Shown one piece after another: positions 23,905 to 33,953 of a DNA stretch of 64,000 nucleotides (position 1 is the first letter of the stretch; each line of letters begins with the position of its first letter). Both the position numbers and the translations under genes were made by a program. This DNA comes from Nemertoderma westbladi (taxonomy: Eukaryota; Animalia; Xenacoelomorpha): positions 45,664 through 109,663 of the forward strand of contig JAUCBJ010000267.1 in NCBI GenBank assembly GCA_032718475.1, in the 5' to 3' direction. Below the pieces are notes generated by a model, which saw only the letters and a program-made list of their open reading frames with translations, was not told where the DNA came from and made no database searches.

Positions 23905-23914
23905 CACGTATCAC
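23905..23914 (-). promoter_or_regulatory. Element A primer-binding-site position (GTGATACGTG), complementary to its own LTR rather than TGG-type
   Basis: Immediately follows the 5' LTR on the minus strand. Exact reverse complement of the minus-strand LTR segment CACGTATCAC (24998-25007). Confidence 0.75.
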
Positions 23915-26100
23915 TGATAAACAACCGCGACCTCTATACTAACAGCAGAACTGTTGAACAGACCAATACCCGTTAATATCCTTCTGCCAACCTAATAAGT
24001 TCTCGTCTAACCAATAAGACACAAAGACTGCTCTACTGTTAAGTAAAGGGGCTCAGGAGCGTGATATTACTAAATTGTAAGGGTTGCTAAATACAAAACC
24101 GCTACTTACCGTTAGATGGCGCTAATCTGCCGTCCGCTAATATATTTACTAATTTTACACAACCAGACAACTCCTGCAAAATCGCTTGTTCCTTTCTCTA
24201 CCGATTGCTCAATAGAGAGCTAACTGTTCGAATCTATGAGCCACGCGGGAATAACCAAAACAATAAACCCGAGTCGGCTCCCTAAGCTTACTTAAGACGA
24301 GTGCGAGAGGCCTTGCACTCAGAGTATTCTTACGCCTAATTCTATCACTTATTAAAGCACGCTATTACCTACGTCTTTCTAATCGCGAATACTGGGGTTT
24401 CTCTAACGTAATGTGTGAATGCGAGAATATTTAAATATCAAAAATGGTACAGTAATTGTCTCTCGTGGATAGTACCACTCTGGGTCTAAAATTGCCTGCA
24501 GCTGGCTTTAGGCCAGCAAATCACTAGCGTTTCGTGCGTACCGAATAGTGCGTTCTAGCTGATTGCCCGCTAATGCGAATAACCGCTTAGCGTGAATAGT
24601 TTACAGTACTCTAATTATTACTTTAGCTACTCTCCGCTATGCTGCGTACTAATTCTTAATTTTACTAATCAATTACAGTCACAAATATTTAACAGCGTAC
24701 TAATTACTAAGAGTTCCAGAATACGTAATTCTAATTTATCACGCAACAGGTTTCGCTAGTAATAGCCTAAATTGCCGTATTACTTTGACCTAATCAGTAA
24801 CTAATTGTTGTAACTAAGAAATAGAAATCAATCAAAGAGAAAAGAGCGCCTACCTAAACATTCACAATCATAGGCACACTTCAGTAACACACCAATCAGC
24901 ATCAGCAATCACAGTTCGCAATTATGCAGTTAACTACTGTATAGCCCACAATTATGCGACTCACTATTCGTACTACACGCTCAACGTTCGAAACGTTGTG
25001 ATACGTGCAGGCCTCTCCCGGGTACATATAGGACTCCTAACTAACCTGATTCCCGCCCCCCTAATACTAAATAGAGACGAAACCTGGATCATCAGCCCCC
25101 TAATTGCCGTACCGGCGATTGGTCTGCGTACCACAGCGTTAACTTCCCGACCGCAACGGTGACCCCACGCCAGCGTTGCTCGCTTTGAATCCTCCGCTCT
25201 CCCTTAGTCGCCCAACCCCCCGATGTGCCCACCGCCCGCTGGCGCCTTAGCCCTCCATTACGCTAATAGCTACCGTAGCGGCGCATGCAAATCACAAAGT
25301 CTGACAGTCTCAGGAATCCCTTGGGATTATTGCGCAGAAAGGAATCACATAGAACCATCAATCAAAGGTAGAAATCATAGTTCGATTGTAATTTGCAGTA
25401 ATCGAAGGAATTATTGAGAAACACAAGCAAAGTAATCGCACTAGCAAATCATTCCAAGAAATTAATCAAATTAGCAAATTGCAGAAAATACGATATCCTA
25501 ATACAAATTAGAGACAGCTCAGCAAGTAAATTGTAACAGGGGTGTGTCATGTGAGTGAGAGATTGATGATAGGCTCTACCGGCACACCGCCAATTTATAG
25601 GTGATCCGGGTGGGATGATGCAATAGGGTGACTCAATCGCTCTCCTATTGGCTCTCCAGTCCATGCTAGCATTAGACCAACCTGGAAGCAGTTAATCCAA
25701 TAAGGAGGCAGGATTGTAGCCCTATGCCCTCAAATAATTACCATATATGGTAATGGATCACGTCTCTGGCTGCTGAATGGCCAGGACGGCGTCCCTATAT
25801 GCTAGCCCTATCAAACTAATATCAGCAAGCACAAAATCCAGGGTCCGAGTAAACTCGCTACCCTGGAACTATCTACATATATCCTAATACAAAATTACGT
25901 AGGTAGGGCTACATACTATACAAAATGAATGGATGCAAATATATGGGCGTTTTAACTTCCTTACCTAAATGTCACCACACTGCGCCTTATCTAAATAATT
26001 ATACTGCACAACGGACTAATATTACGTACAGTATAACGGACTAATACTGCATACTGCATAATGGACTAATACTGTGGATACAGCGCCATATACCGTAACA
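23915..26100 (-). repeat. Element A 5' LTR (2186 bp)
   Basis: Minus strand reads TGTTACGG...GTTTATCA. Direct repeat of 9302-11479. Confidence 0.97.
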
Positions 26101-29100
26101 GGGATGTTGGCGATCGGGTTTCATTGACATACTGTAATGACAGGGTCGGGGATGTTGGCGATCAGGTTTCATTGACATACTGTAGTGACAGGCTCGGGGA
26201 TGTTGGCGACCAGGTTTCATTGACATACTGTAGTGACAGGGTCGGGGATGTTGGCAATCAGGTTTCATTGACTTACTGTAATGACAGGGTCGGGGATGTT
26301 GGCGATCAGGTTTCATTGACATACTGTAGTGACAGGGTCGGGGATGTTGGCGATCAGGTTTCATTGACATACTGTAGTGACAGGGTCGGGATGTTGGCGA
26401 TCAGGTTTCATTGACATGTAGTGCAGTGACAGGGTCGGGGATGTTGGCGATCAGGTTTCATTGACATACTGTAGTGACAGGGTCGGGGATGTTGGCGATC
26501 AGGTTTCATTGACATACTGTAATGACAAGGTCGGGGATGTTGGCGATCACCTTTCATTGACATGCTGTAGTGACAGGGTCGGGGATGTTGGCGATCAGGT
26601 TTCATTGACATGTAGTGCAGTGACAGGGTCGGGAATGTTGGCGATCAGGTTTCATTGACATACTGTAGTGACGGTCGGGGATGTTGGCGATCAGCTTTCA
26701 TTGACATACTGTAGTGACTGGGTCGGGGATGATGGCGATCAGGTTTCATTGACATACTGTAGTGACAGGGTCGGGGATGTTGGCAATCAGGTTTCATTGA
26801 CATACTGTAGTGACAGGGTCGGGATGTTGGCGATCAGGTTTCATTGACATGTATTGCAGTGACAGGGTCGGGGATGTTCGCGATCAGGTTTCATTGACAT
26901 ACTGTAGTGACAGGGTCGGGGATGTTGGCGATCAGGTTGCATTGACATACTGTAATGACAAGGTCGGGGATGTTGGCGATCACCTTTCATTGACATGCTG
27001 TAGTGACAGGGTCGGGGATGTTGGCGATCAGGTTTCATTGACATGTAGTGCAGTGACAGGGTGGGGATGTTGGCGATCAGGTTTCATTGACATACTGTAG
27101 TGACGGTCGGGGATGTTGGCGATCAGGTTTCATTGACATACTGTAGTGACTGGGTCGGGGATGTTGACGATCAGGTTTCATTGACATACTGTAGTGACAG
27201 GGTCGGGTATGTTGGCGATCAGGTTTCATTGACATACTGTAGTGACAGGGTCGGTGATGTTGGCGATCAGGTTTCATTGACATACTGTATTGACAGGGTC
27301 GGGGATGTTGGCGATCAGGTTTCATTGAGATACTGTAGTGTAGTGACAGGGTCGGGGATGTTGGCGATCAGGTTTCATTGACATACTGTAGTATAGTGAC
27401 AGGGTCGGGGATGTTGGCGATCAGGTTTCATTGACATACTGTAGTGACAGGGTCGGGGATGTTGGCGATCAGGTTTCATTGACATACTGTAGTGACAGGG
27501 TCGGGGTTGTTGGCGATCAGGTTTCATTGACATAGTGCAGTGACAGGGTCGGGGATGTTGGCGACCAGGTTTCATTGACATACTGTAGTGACAGGGTCGG
27601 GGATGTCGGCGATCAGGTTTCATTGACATATGTGGTGACAGGGTCGGGGATGTTGGCGATCAGGTTTTATTGACATACTGTAGTGCAGTGTGACAGGGTC
27701 GGGGATGTTGGCGGCCAGGTTTTATTGACTACTGTAGTGCAGTGCGACAGGGTCGGGGATGTTGGCGATCAGGTTTCATTGACATACTGTAGTGACAGGG
27801 TCGGGGATGTTGGCGATCAGGTTTTATTGACATACTGTAGTGACAGGGTCGGGGATGTTGGCGATCGGATTTCATTGACATACTGTAGTTGACAGGGTCG
27901 GGGATGTTGGCGATCAGGTTTCATTGACATACTGTAGTGACAGGGTCGGGGATGTTGGCGATCAGGTTTCATTGACATACTGTAGTGACAGGGTCGGGGA
28001 TGTTGGCGATCAGGTTTCATTGACATACTGTAGTGACAGGGTCGGGGATGTTGGTGATCGGGTTTCATTGACATACTGTAGTTGACAAGGTCGGGGATGT
28101 TGGCGATTAGGTTTCATTGACATACTGTAGTGACAGGGTCGGGGATGTTGGCGATCAGGTTTCATTGACATACTGTAGTGACAGGGTCGGGGATGTTGGC
28201 GATCAGGTTTCATTGACATACTGTAGTGACAGGGTCGGGGATGTTGGCGATCAGGTTTCATTGACATACTGTAGTGACAGGGTCGGGGATGTTGGCGATC
28301 AGGTTTCATTGACATACTGTAGTGACAGGGTCGGGGATGTTGGCGATCAGGTTTCATTGACATACTGTAGTGACAGGGTCGGGGATGTTGGCGATCGGGT
28401 TTCATTGACATACTGTAGTTGACAGGGTCGGGGATGTTGGCGATTAGGTTTCATTGACATACTGTAGTGACAGGGTCGGGGATGTTGGCGATCACCTTTC
28501 ATTGACATACTGTAGCGACAGGGTCGGGGATGTTGGCGATCGGGTTTCATTGACATACTGTAGTTGACAGGGTCGGGGATGTTGGCGATTAGGTTTCATT
28601 GACATACTGTAGTGACAGGGTCGGGGATGTTGGCGATCAGGTTTCATTGACTACTGTAGTGCAGTGACAGGGTCGGGGATGTTGGCGATCAGGTTTCATT
28701 GACATACTGTAGTGACAGGGTCGGGGATGTTGGCGATCAGGTTTCATTGACTACTGTAGTGCAGTGACAGGGTCGGGGATGTTGGCGATTAGGTTTCATT
28801 GACATACAGTAGTGACAGGGTCGGGGATGTTGGCGATCAGGTTTCATTGACTACTGTAGTGCAGTGACAGGGTCGGGGATGTTGGCGATCAGGTTTCATT
28901 GACATACTGTAGTGACAGGGTCGGGGATGTTGGCGATCAGGTTTCATTGACTACTGTAGTGCAGTGACAGGGTCGGGGATGTTGGCGATCAGGTTTCATT
29001 GACATACTGTAGCGACAGTCGGGGATATTGGCGATCAGTTTTCATTGACATACTGTAGTGACAGGGTCGGGGATGTTTGCGATCAGGTTTCATTGACTAC

Positions 29101-30488
29101 TGTAGTGCAGTGACAGGGTCGGGGATGTTGGCAATCAGGTTTCATTTACTACTGTAGTGCAGTGACAGGGTCGGGGATGTTGGTGACCAGGTTTCATTGA
29201 CATACTGTAGTGACAGGGTCGGGGATGTTGGCGATCAGGTTTCATTGACATACTGTAGTGACAGGGTCGGGGATGTTGGCGATCAGGTTTTATTGACTTA
29301 CTGTAGTGACAGGGTCGGGGATGTTGGCGATCAGGTTTCATTGACATACTGTAGTGACAGGGTCGGGGATGTTGGCGATCGGGTTTCATTGACATACTGT
29401 AATGACAGGGTCGGGGATGTTGGCGATCAGGTTTCATTGACATACTGTAGTGACAGGCTCGGGGATGTTGGCGACCAGGTTTCATTGACATACTGTAGTG
29501 ACAGGGTCGGGGATGTTGGCAATCAGGTTTCATTGACTTACTGTAGTGACAGGGTCGGGGATGTTGGCGATCAGGTTTCATTGACATACTGTAGTGACAG
29601 GGTCGGGGATGTTGGCGATCAGGTTTCATTGACATACTGTAGTGACAGGGTCGGGATGTTGGCGATCAGGTTTCATTGACATGTAGTGCAGTGACAGGGT
29701 CGGGGATGTTGGCGATCAGGTTTCATTGACATACTGTAGTGACAGGGTCGGGGATGTTGGCGATCAGGTTTCATTGACATACTGTAATGACAAGGTCGGG
29801 GATGTTGGCGATCACCTTTCATTGACATGCTGTAGTGACAGGGTCGGGGATGTTGGCGATCAGGTTTCATTGACATGTAGTGCAGTGACAGGGTCGGGAA
29901 TGTTGGCGATCAGGTTTCATTGACATACTGTAGTGATGGTCGGGGATGTTGGCGATCAGGTTTCATTGACATACTGTAGTGACTGGGTCGGGGATGATGG
30001 CGATCAGGTTTCATTGACATACTGTAGTGACAGGGTCGGGGATGTTGGCGATCAGGTTTCATTGAGATACTGTAGTGTAGTGACAGTGTCGGGGATGTTG
30101 GCGATCAGGTTTCATTGACATACTGTAGTGTAGTGACAGGGTCGGGGATGTTGGCGATCAGGTTTCATTGACATACTGTAGTGACAGGGTCGGGGATGTT
30201 GGCGATCAGGTTTCATTGACATACTGTAGTGACAGGGTCGGGGATGTTGGCGATCAGGTTTCATTGACATACTGTAGTGACAGGGTCGGGGATGTTGGCG
30301 ATCAGGTTTCATTGACATACTGTAGTGACAGGGTCGGGGATGTTGCCGATCGGGTTTCATTGACATACTGTAGTTGACAGGGTCGGGGATGTTGGCGATT
30401 AGGTTTCATTGACATACTGTAGTGACAGGGTCGGGGATGTTGGCGATCAGGTTTCATTGACATACTGTAGTGACAGGGTCGGGGATGT
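26101..30488. repeat. 48-bp tandem satellite, block 2
   Basis: Same monomer. It resumes in register after the GGGAT TSD. Confidence 0.98.
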
Positions 30489-30536
30489 TGTAAAAGCTTT
30501 TGCGTAATTAGCCGGTTATTTTCCCCGTAAAGTACT

Positions 30537-31722
30537 TGTAAAAGCTTTTGCGTCATTAACCGGTTATTTTCCCTTAAAGTACTCTGTAGTTGGTTTGCCA
30601 GGCATAAAAAGGCCGTGTCCTTGCTGTACTGGTGTTTTAGAGGACATAAAAGTCATTTCTTATGTATTTGTACTGTATTTGTACTTTAGAGGACATAATC
30701 CACAATCTCGTGACGCGATAAGCTAGATACTCTTGAAAACAGTGTCGCTACCATGACGATGGCTAACAGCTGATATTGCCACGTCGACGTTTCTTTGTTT
30801 CTTTGTTCTCTCGTTGTTCGGTTGACCAATCAGAGCGTTTGTTGTCTCTGTGTTGGAGGTGTATACAGAGGCTCAGTAGTTCAGTGTTATGTTTTTGCCC
30901 AGAGCCTAAGAACCGGCTTTTGGCACCTCCGTGTTTTCAGTTTTTAGTCTTACACTAGTAGGCTTAATTATAAGGACATATATCCGTTATCATAACATAA
31001 CTAAACATAACATACCATACCTAATCAAACAACCTGTGCATACTTTTATATTGTTATACTGCTATTTACTGTCAGTTCTTCATAATATGGTTGATGAATT
31101 ATTATATTTGGAATAACGATAAATAACCCCGAAAACCCAATATTCTTGATATACCGAAGGTAAGAGAGAAAGGTTACATATAACGATTGTGACTTATGTT
31201 AAAGTGGTTTAAAGTGAATCTAATGTTATTTGATAGACCCTACATGATTCGGTCCGTGTTCCTTTTATATGTGACTAAAATCAGTGAAGATCGGCAGATC
31301 AGTGTGCAGTATTGTGCAGCATTGTGTATGAGTGAGACTGATAACGAAGCATTTCCTAAAGAATGCGCCATATATGTGAATTGTAACTAAGCCATATCGT
31401 TGTGAGTAGTTTAAGTCATAACTCTGTTTATATAGATAGAGCGCCACGTCCTAAAGGAACTGTTAATATTTCCCGAAGGTGAATAATATTGTCAGAGATT
31501 ATATAATACTGTCAGTCGAATAATACATTAGGCTTACATAGCAATAAGATTAAGCCGTCGAACCCAATCTCCCGGGTATATCCAGCGGGTGAATGATCGC
31601 GCACAGATTGGTTTCGACTAGTGTAGTGAATCAAATACTTGTCATAGGCTAAAAGTAATTTATTATCTAGAAGACATCCTAATTTGGCGGGTTAAACTGC
31701 CAAAGGTCTGAAAGCGCGAACA
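30537..31722 (+). repeat. Element B 5' LTR (1186 bp)
   Basis: TGTAAAAGC...GCGCGAACA, repeated at 38334-39519 with about 3 visible substitutions. Confidence 0.96.
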
Positions 31723-31733
31723 ATAACGGATAT
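31723..31733 (+). promoter_or_regulatory. Element B primer-binding-site position (ATAACGGATAT), complementary to its own LTR
   Basis: Exact reverse complement of LTR segment ATATCCGTTAT at 30980-30990. Confidence 0.8.
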
Positions 31734-32074
31734 TTAGTCTGTATTGCAGTGTAGGCATTAAATACAGTTTAATATTGTTCTGGTAAGAACAATAACGGAT
31801 ATAGCTTCTGTATTGCAGTAGGCAATAAAGCTGAAGTACCGGCAACCGGTACCCAGTAGGCCTGACTACCTAACCACCCGGACCGGTACATACAGCAGTA
31901 CAGGTACAGCAGTATTATTCGATTTTGATAATTATATACCGGTAGGCCTTAATAATTAATCAGGGACTGCAGCCCTGGTTTTTTATTGAGATTTTTACTT
32001 ATTTCTGTCAAGTTTTATTTGTTTGTAGGCCAGTATTGAACAGAAGGCGTGTAAGTCTGATCAGATTGTACAGA

Positions 32075-32640
32075 CAATTTGTAGGCTGAGCTGTTGTCTG
32101 ATTGCTGTTAAGTCCGAACGGATTGCAGTGTGTGTAGAGCCTCTGTCCGATAAAGAACGGTTAGGAAGTAGGGGCAGCCAAAGCTGTAAGGTAAACCCCC
32201 AACTAAAGAATAAGTCGTACTACTGGGTTAGAACGCATACTACCTAATCATTTCGGAGTCTGCATGTCCTGTAGTTTATTTAGGCTTGAGAGTAGTCTGC
32301 CATCGTTTAGTCTGTACTTTGTTTGTGTAGTCTGTACAGGTAGCGTATAATATTTATTTAGATAATTTGTAGGCTGGATAGTTGTCTGGCTGTTATTAGG
32401 TCTGAACGGATTGCAGTGTGTGTAGAGCCTGTCCGATAAAGAACGGTTAGGAAGTAGGGGCAGCCAAAGCTGTAAGGTAAACCCCCATCTAAAGAATAAG
32501 TCGTACTACTGGGTTAGAACGCATACTACCTAATCATTTCGGAGTCTGCATGTCCTGTAGTTTATTTAGGCTTGATAGTAGTCTGTCAGTATTTGGTCTG
32601 CATTTTGTTTGAGTGGTTTGTACGCGTAGCGTAATATTTA
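32075..32640 (+). repeat. About 290-bp tandem duplication in the 5' leader of element B
   Basis: Two copies begin AATTTGTAGGCTG at about 32075 and 32363. The same duplication is present in C at about 40925-41500. Confidence 0.8.
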
Positions 32641-33953
32641 TTATTCAGAGTTTATGCGATTATTTGCCACATTCATTCCCCAAGTTTGTTCCTACAGTAA
32701 TTGTGTTTGTTATACATACCGCTATAGTTAAATTAACCCCGGTACTACACGGGCTGCTTGGCGTAGGTAAAGACTGGTGATTTTGTGCACCGGTCACTCC
32801 AGCAGATGCCGTGGTTCTTTTAACTGTTCAAGTATATTTAACTACTGATTATATGTTGTACAAGTACTCGTACCTAATTTAGGGTTTAGTGTACAGTGCT
32901 TTCCGAAAGTAATTAGTGTAGGCATTATATTTGTGTTGTAAAGTGGTTGATAGGCACGTTCGATTAGCTCTATTAACTTCTAGGTAGGGACACTCCGTGA
33001 TACATAACGTAGTACCTATATCGATACGGCTATAGGTCGTCAGGCGGTGGTATTTTCCTATCTGGACAACGCAGTGTATTTACTACTACGTATTATTTTC
33101 AAATAACCGCAGTACCCTGTCCGTTGTAATAACCAGATTTCTAACCCTTTGTTAGGCTGGTTTGTAGACTTCTTGTAAAATTACCCTGAAAATTTGTATT
33201 TTGTGTTTTTGTAAATTTTTGTGTTTATTTAGAGATTGTAATCTCACCCGAATTGTACGTAATTTGTAGTATTAAGTAACTTAGGTAAATTAGAATTATT
33301 TGTTTTAGTGTCCTATAAGTAACACTTCACTGAAAGCGCACCGCTTTGTGTAGTGATTACTCCCCAGAAATAATAACATTTATTTCAAACATTGACAAAA
33401 CCCATTAAACGGATATATATATATTATAAATCAACTCAAACGATTTATAAATAGTAGGCCTGCCATATAACAATTAGGTCTCAATATCAGTTGGACTACT
33501 GCTTAAATAACGGTAATAAAGTAAGTTAAAGTAACCAAGTAACCTTAAAATTCAGAAATTCAATTATTTAAAATAATTGATATACAGGTATCCACGATAG
33601 GCCTATTATATATTTATATTTGTGCTGAAATCATACCGGTATTCTGTAATTAATTCTAGTTAATAATTATACTTATATATCCTATAAGTGTAAACTGTAT
33701 ACCGGTATCCACGATAGGCCTATTATATATTTATATATATTTGTACTAAAATTATATACCGGTTTCTGTGAAAAACCTAGTCTGTAATAATACTTATATA
33801 TACTATAAGCATACCGGTATTCTAATATTATATATATCACGCTACACTGAGTAGCAGTATCGGTAATTAATTACTAGGCTAGCAGTTAATACTGAATTAC
33901 TAGACTTGCTTAGACTGTAATATAGCAGTAGACATTCAACTGTGTAAACAAAC

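Larger units (their letters stand above)
9302..26100 (-). mobile_element. Element A: full-length BEL/Pao LTR retrotransposon with 3' accessory ORFs
   Basis: Near-identical TG...CA LTRs and a 5-bp TSD GGGAT (9297-9301, 26101-26105). Domain order is gag-PR-RT-RH-IN with BEL-type motifs. Confidence 0.97.

Noticed and set aside
30964-30975. TATA box (TTATAAG) defining the TSS of element B
   Set aside because: It lies only about 10 nt upstream of the PBS-complementary segment and reads TTATAG in C. The Inr-like TTAGT gives consistent spacing across the three elements. It cannot be formally excluded without TSS data.
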